Part shown: one piece after another, positions 40,772-53,431 of the stretch
Layout: the number at the start of each line of letters is the position of its first letter
Position numbering within the stretch: position 1 is the stretch's first letter
NCBI GenBank assembly: GCA_043228905.1
Contig: JBHGNT010000015.1
Location: forward strand, 2,666,001-2,730,000
Origin: Azolla caroliniana
Lineage: Eukaryota; Plantae; Polypodiophyta
DNA length: 64,000 nucleotides
Direction: 5' to 3'
The notes under the pieces: model-generated
What the model saw: only the letters and a program-made list of their open reading frames with translations
Databases searched by the model: none
Told to the model about the DNA's origin: nothing
Position numbers and translations under genes: made by a program

Positions 40772-41730
40772 TGTCGTGAAGTAGGAAAGCTTCTTCACAT
40801 TAAAATTCTACAATAAGATAAATACATAACTAGAATAAAAAGAATCTTGATAGCGTTTAATACATAAAAAGAATTCTACAATATTAACAAAGCACTATAT
40901 TATACACTCAACTCATATGTAGAGGCGAATAAATAAAACAATTGTATTACATGGGCAAGAAAAGACTAGAATTGACAACCTCCACCTTATGAGCCTCAAA
41001 CCTTACCATTTAACCAACACTCATGATATATAAAAGTACATCTGTTGTTTTATTTGAACTAGCATTGTAACCATGTAATGTACTACATGTGCACCATATA
41101 TCACACATGCAAGAGCCACTGTACATATGCGCCACATGGCCCAAATGCAAAACCATCCCTTTCCTATAAAAGGAGAAGGGAATATAGACACAAGAATAGG
41201 AATCGAAATCGCAGAGAACTATATTGTATCAGATATTTGTTAGGAATATGTCTCTCCTCTCTCAATCGACAATAGATGATCCTGTTGAGAGATTCAAGCT
41301 CAACTTAGTTTAGTTAGTTAGTCAACCATGTAACTTTGTAGTTACATAGATAGAATCTAGTTAGAAGTATTGACTATAACGCCTTAACTAGGACCTTGTA
41401 CTTAAGTGGGATATTCTAGATCCTCCACTCCCAAGTACATTTAATATAGGACTTACACCCTTGTACCTATATTCTCCTCACACATGTGCACCCTTGCACA
41501 TGAGATCTATATGTACCTCATTGTGAGTATTTTTGTATTTGATGATGATGATAATAATGCTAATTTAATATAGAGTTAATCATCCCCCATCTTCTGTTGT
41601 TCATAAGTGTAACTTCCTCCCTCTCTTCCTCTTATACACATACACACACATATCACTTAATCTTATGCTTATCAACTAATCACATAATTAGGTACTAATT
41701 AACCCGTAGTTAATCACCTAATTATTAACA
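40772..41730. mobile_element. Cluster of LTR-like fragments, boundaries unresolved
   Basis: Non-coding. TGTCGTGAAG start at 40772, a TGTAAC...GTTACA block at 41066-41346, a TATA-like ctataaaa, and an ...attaaca end near 41730. Confidence 0.4.
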
Positions 41731-43670
41731 GATCCAAGTCAAGGACAAGACAGACTAGTCGGGCCGACTGGATAGTCGACATAGGAGTCGGCTAGTCGAA
41801 TCGACTAGTGGATCAGTCGGTTGTAACATCTACATTTGTAAATAGCCCATATTGCGTATAAGTATAAATACACCTAGCGCAAAAATAAGGTCATGGTGAG
41901 AACAGATAGAGTTTCAACGGTAGAGCAGATGTTAGAGTCTTTGTAGTTAAGCACGCTAGAGAGGGAGAGAATTAGAGCGGCGCCATAGATGAGCAATACT
42001 TGACACCAATAGCCTTGTGCAACTGTTACACTTTGCATAAGAGAGTGTTGTAATCTGTCCTTCTTTGTAAAATCTGTTGATATAGTGAAAGCTTCTATTG
42101 CCCATGGTTTTTCCCTTGTTTTAGGGTTTCCACGTAAAAAGTGTGTACTCTGCATATCTTGTCCATTTTGCCCCGAACAAGACATCTTTGATGAGGAAGA
42201 TCGTACGATTGAAGTACATATCAACACATTCATGGGGTATGTGAATCAACATGCGGAAGCCAAGTTCCCCTCTGATGATGCAATGCAAGCCTTGTTGTTG
42301 TTGTGCACACTCTCAGACAACTGGGAGAACCTGGTGGTGACTCTCAGCACCTCGTGTCAGAAAACATGTCTCTGCAAGTGGTAAAGACAAGTATTTTGAA
42401 AGAGGAGAAAAAAAGGAAGGACAAGGGTGTCCTGTCCCAAGCATATGCGAATGTGACACAACATTCGAACAAAGGACGGAACCGACAAAGAAGTCCACAG
42501 AGAAAGGACAAATCCCATGGCAGATCCAAGTCCAAAGGTAGGCATGCATGATTTTATTGTGGAAAACCTAGACACTTCCTGAAGGATTGTCAACAACTCA
42601 AGAAGGACAAGGGTGACACAAAGGATGCCAAACCCAGGAAGATTCCTGATGACAAGGGCACATCAACCATAGCCACAAGTGAAGAAGAGATCTTGTTCAT
42701 TTGTGAGCTGACAAGTGCAAATCTTGCAAGTGAAGAGAGCGCTTGGGTGATTGACTCCAGCGCATCTTTTCATATAACTCCCTCGAGAGAGTGTTTCTCG
42801 ACTTACATAGTCAGAGACCATGGCTATGTAAAGATGGGAGATAACAGGGAATGCAAGATAGTCAGCGTTGGAAATGTATGCCTGACAATGTCGACTAATT
42901 GTTGGCTAACTCTGAAGGATGTCCAACATGTGCCCGATATCATGTTGAATCTGATATCAACCAGAAGAATGGACGATGAAGGCTATAGTGGTAGCTTTCG
43001 AAATGGCAAGTGGAGGTTTTGTCGGGGAAATCTCATAGTAGCCCGAGCACAAAAACAGGGCACTTTGTATGTGATGCAACCCAAGCTGTGCAAGAATGAA
43101 GAAAATGCGGCAGCCAACTCGAGTGGTGAGTTATGCCATAGGAGGCTTGGCCACATGAGTGAAAAGAGAATGCACATCCTAGCCAATCAGAAGCTTCTCC
43201 CAGAAGTGAAAGGAGTGCACCTGGAGAAGTGTGTCGACTGCCTAGTCGGAAAGCAGAACAGAACTGCATTCCACATGAGACCACCAAGGAGAAGAGAAGT
43301 TGTAGTGGAACTACTGCACACAGATGTGTGCAACATAGATGCTCCATCACATCGGGGGGGACAATACTTTCTGACATTCATCGACGAATACAACAGAAAG
43401 TTGTGGGTTTTCGTGCTTAAGTAGAAAGATCAAGTATTGTCGGTATTCAAGGACTTCCAGGCAAAGGTAAAAAGAGAGTCGAGTCAGAAGCTAAAGGCCG
43501 TCCGAACCAACAATGGTGGCGAATACAAAAGGCAGTTCGAAGAATATTGCAAGGCCCAAGGTATTCTAATAGAATACATTGTTCCTAAGGCTCCTGAGTT
43601 GAACGGGCTTGCAGAGAGGATGAATCAAACGATCATGGAGAGAGTAAGGAACATGTTGTCGCATGCTAGG
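41731..43670 (+). mobile_element. Decayed Ty1/copia fragment (partial LTR, gag, protease, integrase)
   Basis: LTR-like U5 gggtttccacgt ~42124. Translations WENLVVTLS, CGKPRHFLKDC, WVIDSSAS, HRRLGH..CVDC, LHTDVC, RTNNGGEY, NGLAERMNQT. Confidence 0.85.
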
Positions 43671-43744
43671 AGTACCAACGCTCTAATGGCCCATCGAGGG
43701 ATAAGGCGAACTTTGCGATTTTGGAGATTTTGGAGTTGACCTTC

Positions 43745-43992
43745 CAACTAGATACAGTGTATTGAGTTGAGGCTCTTAGGTGCACCAACTTGATACAATG
43801 TATCGAGTTGGAGTCCCAAATCGCTACATTGTATCGATTTGAGGCTTGTGGGACTTCAACTCGATACAATGTATCGAGTTGCAATCCAAACTCCATACAT
43901 TATATCAAGTTGAGGCTCCTAGGTGCACCAACTCGATACATTGTATCAACTTTTCATTGCATATGAGCTACTCTCTATACAATGTATAGAAG
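43745..43992. repeat. Array of about 7 ~25-bp palindromes (CAACTCGATACANTGTATCGAGTTG)
   Basis: Perfect copy at 43857-43881; variants at ~43745, 43786, 43818, 43888, 43928 and 43968. Confidence 0.85.
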
Positions 43993-44322
43993 GGAGGTAT
44001 TCATGGACAAAACCAAGGGTTGTCTGGTCTTTAACTACCAAAAAACCCGGAAATTAGTCTCAATAAGCTAATTTAAATTGAAACTTTAGAGCTCAAAATG
44101 CTTGATTTTAGATAGAATTGTAATTCACAAAAGATGCTAAATTATAGGTTTTATGGCCATTTTTTCATCATTTGCATTTTTTTCTATATTTGAAGCTCCA
44201 ATAAGAACTTGAACCTTGGAGTAACATTGATTTTTCTGTTAGTGAAATATTAGCTCTATTGAGCCTCAGGACGAGAGAACAATTAAAAAAATTCGAAGCC
44301 ACTTGAGCCATATGGCCTTGCA

Positions 44323-47300
44323 TGTACTCGGCCTCGGTGCTCTTCAATACAATTGCCGGCTACTTCTTACTGCTCCAGGCGATCGCAACGATTCCAAGCG
44401 AAAACGCAAAACCTGATGTAGATTTACGATCGTTAGCATTTCTGGCCCAGCCAGCATCCGTATCGCTAACCATTTTTTCGGTTGCGCCGGTCTGATATAG
44501 CATTGCCCGATCCTTCATGCCGCTTACATATCTCAAGATCCTTTGTGCGCACTGAAGGTGTTCGGTCGTTAGTGCGACATAAATTGACTAATCAAGCCGA
44601 CCAGATAATTGAGGTCCAGTCAGGTGATGGTCAAGTAGATTAGGCTTTCGACAATCTATCGGAACTGTGTCGGGTCGCATGCCATTCCCGCACCTTGGCA
44701 ATGTTTCACATTTCGGTCTAGAGGAGTCGAGACAGATTTTCAATCCGTCATTCTGAACTTGAAGAGCATACTCAGCACATAATGCCTTTGGCTAATTAGT
44801 ATGCATGTCGAGGTGCGGATCACTTTGATCCAACCGAAGTAATGAAGGTACCCATATCCTGCATGTCGAATGATGCCGCAAGCTAGGACTTTACATGACC
44901 GATCTCCTCTAAGTCGGCGTGACAATGACTAGATCATCAACATAAAGCAGAATGCTTACCGGCCCATTCCGACTTGGCCGGATCAATAGTGAAGAGTTCG
45001 ATTTCGACATAGCAAACCCCATCCGATGCAATTGCTGCGTGATCTTCACACTCCAACCACGTGGGGCTTGCTTTAGTCTGTAGAGTGACTTCTTCAGTTG
45101 GCAAACAGACGATGTGTTCAATCCGGACTGAGATTTGAGATTTGGGAGGTTACACCATGTACACTTATTCCTCAAGCTCTCCTTGCAGGAACATGTTCTT
45201 CACATCCATCTAGTGTAGGTGCCATCCCTTCATGACCGCTACCGCCGCAGTGGCACCCGAACGGTTGTCCTTTTGGCAACCGGCGCAAATGTCTCGTCGT
45301 AGTCAATGGCGTGCTACTGCGCGTAGCCTTTTGCCACCAATCGGGCCTTGTACCGGTTCATAGAGCCGTCAACATTGTACTTGACCTTGTACACCCACCT
45401 GCACCCGATTGGCTTCACACTTTTGATGGCGTCAACCAGGTCCCATGTCTCGTTCTCCACTAATGCGTGCATCTCTTCCTCCATAGTGGCACACCAATTA
45501 GCATCTTTCGCTACCTTGCGTAGCTCTCCAGCTCACACACTTCCGCCACCTTTGCCATGTATGCATAATGATGTGTCATATAGTCGTTGTGCCCATACCA
45601 AACTACGAGGTTCTTTTGGCGGGTTGATCGGTGCAACTTCTGCTTTGCCGATTTCATGGTTGTTGAGCGAGCAAGCTCAACCATATCCGGATCGGTATCC
45701 AGATGATATCCGGAAGGATGAGCCGAATCGGTATCCGGATACAACCAGCCAGATTGGGGAGACGGATCAGAGAGCCGGATTTGACTACGAACCGGAAGCC
45801 TAGTAGTAGCCTAGACTACTAGGTAATCATGGTCTCGTAGTTAGTGTCAATCGCACATAGGAATATTGAAGTACTTGTCAGTACTTCTGCCAATCCTTTA
45901 TGGACTTGTATAAAAGTGCTCTATGAGCACATTCTATGTACAGAGAGTATTGTCATTATTTTGAATTAAATTCATGTTATGCTCTCTCTCTCTCTCTCCC
46001 CCACACGTATTCTCTATGTTAAGTTCTTCATTACATCTTTTCTCATTTTCTGTTGCTATCCGGCTGAGCCGGTTTGTCTAACGCTTCCGCACGCTAACTT
46101 TCACAATGGCCTTCTTGGCCGACTGCAACCTCATTTCAAGAGGTTCATCTTTGTCCGGACCGCTTCGGATTCACTCTGATCTGATGCACTGGCCTCTGTC
46201 CCATATTCCAACATCTTTATCTTTCCCTTCTCCTTGCGGGTAAGCCATCTCCTCGGTTTCTGTTGTGGGGACTACACGGCCGAGTATTCATTGTTTGTCG
46301 GCTCCTCATCTAACCAGTCGTTCCGACTCAATCTCCATTCGGCCCACTTAACCAGAATGAAATCGAACTCTCTTCTAGAGTGCCGATATGTTCCTCATTC
46401 AGAGGGTTGGACTCACTGGCCTCTTCTCTAGAAATCAACTCGTAGTCTTCGGGAGTTGGAGATGGAAGGGAGTACCTAGACGTTGATTCGTCAAACACGA
46501 TGTCGCGGCTCACCCGCACTTGCTTCCTCCGGGAGTTGTAACACTTGTACCCCTTCTATTCACGCGAATAGCTGACCAAGATACACTTCTCAACCTTGGC
46601 ATTCAGCTTCCTTTGTCTCTCATCCGGTGTATGCACATATGCAATACTACCGAACACCGTGAGGTGTGCCAAATTCGGCTTTCGCCCAAAATCTAGCTCA
46701 TGTGGCGACACCTTCCCTCCAGGAGTAGAGATCTGATTCTGTATATAGACGGTCGTCCGGATCTCTTCGGCCCAATAGAGCCTGGCCATGCTCTTCTCCT
46801 CCAACATCGCCCCGATCGCTTCGACCATCATCTAGTTCTGTCTCTCAGCCACACCGTTTTGCTCTGGCGTGTATTTCTAGGAAAACTCCCTCTGGATTCC
46901 CTTTGTCTGCGGATTGCTCTTGAACTGGCTGGAAAAGTATTTTTTCCCACCATCCGACCTTCGACACTTGATCTTCCGTTCAGTTTCCCATTCGACAACG
47001 TTCTTTAAGTCCTGGAAACATGAGAAGACTTTGCTCTTCTTTTCAAATAGGTAGACCCAAGTGTGTCAACTAAAATCGTCGATGAAGGAGACAAAGTATC
47101 GGCTCCCCCCCATGCTCATGCAACTCGTCGGTCCCCATACATCCGTGTGGATTAGATCGAACCGATTCCGGCTCTGATTCTTCCTAGCGGGGAATGGAAG
47201 CCTATGTTGCTTCCCGAGCTGGCAAGCTTCACATACTCGGCCTTTCCGACCGTTGAACTTTGGCAGTCCGAATACCACCTGTTTCGACTACAGTTCTTGA

Positions 47301-47330
47301 AGCTTCAAAAAGTTAATGTGGCAGATTTGC
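44323..47330 (-). mobile_element. Decayed Ty1/copia internal region (integrase-RT-RNase H)
   Basis: Minus fragments CEACQLGKQHR, IHTDVWGP, FIDDFS, KCILVSY, LKKSLYRLKQAPR, LLYVDDLVI, STEAEY. Confidence 0.88.
45661..46105 (+). mobile_element. Solo LTR (445 bp)
   Basis: TGTTG...TTCACA; TSD atggt/atggc; TATAAAA near 45910 and a (CT)n tract. Confidence 0.8.
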
Positions 47331-47650
47331 TTGTGATATTCTTAAATTTAAACTATATGTTCTCTATTTAGAGACTTGTTACATATTAATAATTTAGCAA
47401 ATCCTATATAGGTGGTTGCTCATGTATACTGGTGCACCCAATATTTCACAATAACCTAAATTTGTACTACTACAAAAGGAATCTAAAAGTGGAATGCACG
47501 ATCGTTCAACTTGTGAACATGAACATGTTATTTATTTAATGCCCAAGGATGGAAAAGATCTTACAATACTCAATAATCGGCGACCATTGTCTATTCTCAC
47601 CAATGCCTATAAGATCATGGCTAAAGTTGTGTGTAATTGATTGAAAACAA

Positions 47651-48408
47651 TGTCACAGAAATCCGCGCATGCGTGTCGAATAGGACGGGACCACGGGGTC
47701 TTGGACTAGGGAGTAAGAGGAGGGAGAGAAGATTGGGAGTTCAACCGAGAAGGAAGAGAAAGATTAAGATTCAAGCAATTAAGATTCAAAAGAATAATAT
47801 CTAAACAAGACAAGATACATTATGGAAAGCACCACACCAATTACAATCATGGCCGTGTAGGCCGAATGTAAACCCTCTAGATGAAACCCTAACCGGATAG
47901 GGGAAAAGAAGAAGAAGAAGACGACGAATGAAAACCCTAAAATGAGATCCTAAAACCCAAAATTCCGAAATGGCAACCCAAAGAAACCCAAAAAGTGGAA
48001 GCCCCTCCTCACTCAAAATAGGCAACCCCTTCACAAGAGACCCCTCATTCCCTTTTATAGTAGTAAGGGGTGAGGCACATTACAAAAGGAGAGGTCAAAT
48101 CCCTTTCTTTCAATGTGGAATATTTTTCCTTGATCTTAAATATTCTCTCCTCTCACATTGACACTCAATGCCCACTACTCCCTACACCCATTCTTCATGT
48201 ACTTTCCTCTAGTCTACAAAGTGCACATCACCTTTATGCCTCTACAAACCTCATGGTGCACCTTTAGCACCTTAGATTATTACCCTTCCCCTTACATTTT
48301 GTTATCTTATTCTCATTATACAAATTACAAGTGCATGTGCAATGTTGCACATCCCCATTTTATTTGTCTTACCCGAGTTTCTCACCGTAGCCGGAAACCT
48401 TCACGACA
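47651..48408 (-). mobile_element. Solo LTR (758 bp) inserted in the LINE RT
   Basis: Minus strand reads TGTCGTGAAG...GTGACA. Removal restores LKT-VLGDII. Probable 4-bp TSD decayed to acaa/atgg. Several AAACCCT(A) motifs inside. Confidence 0.7.
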
Positions 48409-50303
48409 ATGGTACTAGGGGACATTATACATACAACGCAAACTAGTTTCCTAGAAAACCAGAGCATTATGGACAATTTGATAACTTTCTGGGAGTATTC
48501 AACATGGGCGGAGGAGCAAGAAGTGGACCTCACAATAATGCTACTCAACTTCGAAAAAGCATATGACAGGATCTCATGGGAATTCCTAGAAGTAGTGATG
48601 GAGGCCCTAGGCTTCGAGCAACAATGGATGCCTTTTATAGGGATGCATCCATCCAGGTTTTAATGGCTAGAAACATGGGGAAGAGCTTTAAGACATCATG
48701 ATCGGTACGCCAAGGATGCCCATTGGCCCCGTACCTATTCATTATTGCAACAACAGCTTTGCATTATCAGAGTATTGATAGATCTTGGCAAATACAAGGC
48801 CTTCCCTTGCCCGATGATGCAGGAATGTTGCTTGATACAGAATATGCTAATGATACAATGACTTACATTAGGGGGGATGCAAACAACTTGGACGGACTGC
48901 AAAGTGCAATTAATGAGGTTTGTAGGGGCTCGGGTGCTAAAATAAACTAGAATAAATTAGTAATAAGTCTGTGTTAAATTAGCCTCTGGACCCCAATTTC
49001 AAATGGTTGAGGAGAGGAGAAGGTACTAGATACTTGGCTTTCAAAATCGGTATGGACATTGATCAATCATAACACTACAATGTACTCATGGACAAAAAAA
49101 AATGAAGCTAATATGGTGGAATGCAAGAAAACTATCCTTTGCAAATCAAATTCTAATAGCCACTATATGGCATATTGTCGCATACTTGATAATCACGCCC
49201 AAGTCGATGAAAGTGATAAAAAGGGTTATAAAAAATTTCTTATGGAGGGGCATCGAGAAAAAACATGCTCGTGCAAGGTTGCCTAGGCCACAATTATAAA
49301 AGAAAAAAAGTGAAGGTGGGGTGGGACTAATAGATCCCATGGTGCAAACAAAGGCCTTGCTAGGTAAATTGGTGGTCAGGAGCTTGCAACCACCTCAGGC
49401 ACCTTGGAAAATTCTTTGGAGACGCAGATGGAAGATGTGGTTGCTGAGACAAGGTGGAAGCTGGCCAATCAACCCTTTTTGGGGTTTTGTGCCAGAAATG
49501 GGACCCAATACTAGGGATGTACGCAGAGTATATGTGTTGTTAGTATTATGAAGGCATGGCAAAGAATCAGAAAGGGAATCATTTGTAGGTGGAGAAATGA
49601 TGCATATGCCTGGATGTACATGCCAATTGTTTGGAACCCACTGATCAAAGAATCTATGGATGGCCTGATGATATGACAAAAAGAAGGCTTCAAATGGGCC
49701 AACTTAATCAATGCCCACGAGAATGGTTAGTGGATTGAAAGAGATTTTTGTCTAATGATGTGGGCACTCAAAAGGCTAGAATATGGAAGGTAAACATGGG
49801 TAAAAGCATGCTAATGAGAATTACAGATGTCATTGCATGCAGCAAGCAAACCTTGGAAGATGAAGCTATCATTACCTCTGAAATTGAATGGACTGGACTT
49901 ATAGATGTTGGAAATTGTCTAATTAGAATTAAGGGAATGAAGGCATGCTCTAATGAGGCATGTTACTACAAAATAGACCATGGAATGGCAATATGTGAGC
50001 AATCAACCTATTGTCATGATATGGTAAGACTCGAACCCATGACCTTATGTTATATGGGTTGAGCTCTTGACCATTATACCATCTATTGTAATACTTAAGA
50101 TAATATTTTCATTTAAGTTTTATTATAGGAAATTAATGTATATTCCAGATTTCTCTAGAACATTCTAGAAAGTTCAAGATTACTCCTGAGAACACTATAA
50201 AAGAAGGCACTAAGCATTATGTTGAACCAAATTGGTTCAACACCAGTCTTAAGCCTCATAGCCATCTTGTACTTACTCTTCCTATGATATATCATCTGTT
50301 ATC

Positions 50304-50377
<74 letters not shown>

Positions 50378-50686
50378 TTCCTTCCTCTCGGGAGTCTTAC
50401 GCGGTCCCATCCTCTTAGTACTAATAGTACTACCCTTCTGTAGTACTAATTCTCTCTCTGTTTTAGTACTATTCCTGACAGTTTGAACCAATTTTCCTCT
50501 CTAGTCTTTCTTTTGGTTTCCCTCATCCTCTTATCCTTTTTCTATACAATGGCCTCTGTTAGCGCCCAAGAATACCAATCCGTTTTCTCCGAGCCACAGT
50601 GTCTAAAAGAAAAATTTGTTGCCTTGGAACAAGAAAACCAACGGTTGTAAGGGGATCTTCAACAAATCGCCCTAGAAAAACAGCAA

Positions 50687-51678
50687 ATGCAGCAACAACA
50701 TGGGGACTTAGCGTTACGTGTGCAACAACTTGAGGCAGTGTTGCAACAACAAGGATCAAGTCCCCACAGATTTCATAAAGAGCCCAAGATTGGACTTCCT
50801 GTGAAATTTGATGGAACACGATTGCAATTTAGGGGATTCCTCAATCAGGTACACTTAGTCATTCAAATGCATCCTTCTCGATACCCCACTGATGCATCCC
50901 GAGTCGGCCTAATAGGCACGTTGCTTAGCGGCTCAGCCTTGGCATGGTTTGCTCCACTTCTGGAAAAAAACAATCGCCCTTACTTAATAACTTTGAAGAC
51001 TTTATTAGTGAGTTTAAAGCTTGCTTTGGAGATACAGACAGCATCCGGATGGCGATCAACAAAATCTGACGATTGCGTCAAGGTGATCGTCCAGCCTCTG
51101 CCTACGCGGCGGATTTCCATCTACTCACTTCAGATATCCCCTGGGATGACTAGGCACTAATGGAGCAGTTTCTCTACGGCCTACGAAACGATGTCAAAGA
51201 TCTACTTCTAACCTTCCCCGAAGAACCAAAGTCTCTTACGAAGGCAATCAGTCGAGCGGTCCGATGTGACAACCGCCTTTTCGAACGACGTTCGGAACGT
51301 CAATTACAAATACTGTGCTCTAGGCAGAAGCCCACTTACGCCTCAATCGCGGTAAAACCGTTTGCACGAGACATACCTCAAGAAAATACTCCGACACCGA
51401 TGGAGATCGACACCATGCGTCGACGTGGCCCGTTATCGGAAGAAGAAAAGCAACGACGACGTGCAAATCGATTATGTCTTTATTGCGGCGGACCAGGGCA
51501 TATCGCAATCAATTGTCCCCATAGGCCAAGAAGACAAGTAAATCAAATCGTAGCCTGTACTAAACCCGAGTCAATTCTTCCCTCAAGAGTGTCTGATAGT
51601 ATTAATAATACTAATAGCCCAAGTATCTCAAACAAATTTGAAATCCTTAGTCAATTAGATGAAGAGTTAAACGATTGA
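50687..51678 (+). pseudogene. Gypsy gag (frameshift and stop) with CCHC zinc knuckle
   Basis: PVKFDGTRLQFRGFLNQ..LLSGSALAWF; EQFLYGLRNDVKD; PMEID; CLYCGGPGHIAINC. Confidence 0.9.
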
Positions 51679-52746
51679 ATCCAGCCAAAATAGGAGTCAT
51701 TTGGTTGGACAGCCCTAGATCTGTAAAGCCCATTAGTGGTTCCATTCCCTCCAAGCAAGTTAGCAATGTGTTCCTAGCCCAAGTCATGGTTAGTACTAAA
51801 AGTACTCCCCCAGTACAAGTCCTAGCACTTCTAGATTCCAGAGCTAATTCTTGTTTCATGGATCGAAATTTTGCCCAAGCTTCTCAGATATACTTAAGAA
51901 AACTTCCTTGCCCCGCATCTGTAGTAGTCATTGATGGTCGTTCCATTGCTTCCGGGAATATTGTAGAAGATTCAGAACCCATTCAAGTTGTCCTAGGTAG
52001 TTTTGTGTGTGTAGTATCATTTAATATAATTAATAGTCCAGAGCATCCCATTGTCCTGGGATTACCTTGGTTTGAATTACATAATCCAGACATTGATTGG
52101 AGAACAAGAGAAGCCCGACATCGACAACCCCAAGAATCTACTCATCAAGTTTCGACCATTTCACTACGTCAATTACACGAAGAAGGACACAAGGAGGCAA
52201 TGTTCCTATTTGCAATATCAGTACATCCTTCCAGCACTATTAAGGAGGAATCCTTAGTGCAACTTCCGGCAAAATATCATCCTTATGCTGATGTATTTGA
52301 CAAGGTAAAAGCCGGTACTCTTCCTCATCATCGTCCCTATGATTGTCCCATCGATTTACAACCAGGAGCAGAGCCACCATGGGGACCAATTTACAACTTG
52401 TCACCCACCGAGTTAGAAGTCCTTCGAGCCTACATAGAGGAGAACTTGGCAAGCAAGTTTATTCGTCATTCGAAATCACCGGCCGGTGCAACCATCTTCT
52501 TTGTCAAGAAGAAAGATGGCTCACTTCGTCTCGTCGTTGATTACCGCAGCTTGAATAAAGTCACCATCCGGAATAGGTATGCACTTCCTCTTATATCAAG
52601 TCTTTTAGAGCGAGTTAATGGTGCCAAGTTTTTTACAAAAATCGATCTACGAGGACCGTATAACCTCGTGCGGATCCGACCGGGAGATAAATGGAAGACC
52701 GCCTTTCGCACGAGGTATGGGCATTTCGAATATACTGTTATGTCGT

Positions 52747-53314
52747 TGTCGTGAAGAAAACCGGGCATATGCGGAATCGGAGAAAAAGGCGCACAAACCG
52801 GCTCTTACATGGATGGGCGCATGAATTGATATTTTGTACATGATTCATAAATGGATCGGCTGATGAAAATACTAAGTAGTACACATTTATTAGGGGATTG
52901 TGTGTATCTCTGTCAGAAGGGACAGGGAATAAAGCGATTTGACTAGGGAGAAAGCGCACCCCCTTTTGGGAACTATTTAAGGAGAGGAGAGAAAGGAGAC
53001 CAAGGGGGGCGCGTGAAGGAGGACGAAGTGCTGCAGGACCGAGGGCGAACTCTCTCTCCTCCTCCGACCGTCATTCTCTGTGGGTGCGGGGAGTTCGACG
53101 CCTCTGCTTCGTGGGTAGCCCGTGCGCTGCCAGCAGAGGCTTTTTCTTTTGCGTTTCTCTGGGTCCAGTGTGTTCCGTCTATGTGTGTGAGTAGGGTCCC
53201 CGTGTCGGGCCCATCGCCGCTTTGCCGGTTGTAACCGTCGGAGTTTGTAATCTCTTGTTATTGTAATCAAGTGTTCCGTTCTATATCTCTCCTTCTCGCT
53301 TCTGCGTGTCTGTG

Positions 53315-53372
<58 letters not shown>

Positions 53373-53431
53373 TGGTCTGAGACCCCCATGGTCCTGCCTC
53401 TTTCTACACGCACGCGCGTAATAACACGACA
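52747..53431 (+). mobile_element. Solo LTR (685 bp) with a 4-bp TSD in the gypsy RT
   Basis: TGTCGTG...CACGACA termini; TSD tcgt/ccgt; removal restores [17 protein letters not shown]-like ctatttaa ~52973 and (CT)n 53318-53370. Confidence 0.9.

Noticed and set aside
43745-43992. CRISPR-like mini array
   Set aside because: Spacers are only ~6-17 bp and partly repeated; no cas genes.
43669-44329. GAGTAC/GTACTC as TIRs of the small palindrome block
   Set aside because: Only 6 bp, the right copy is also host coding sequence (EY), and there is no TSD.
47868-47995. Interstitial telomere repeat
   Set aside because: Scattered AAACCCT(A) motifs inside a solo LTR, not a tandem TTTAGGG tract.
50020-50090. 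Functional tRNA gene
   Set aside because: Acceptor, D and anticodon stems do not pair; only the promoter boxes and spacing survive. Reported as a tRNA-derived module instead.
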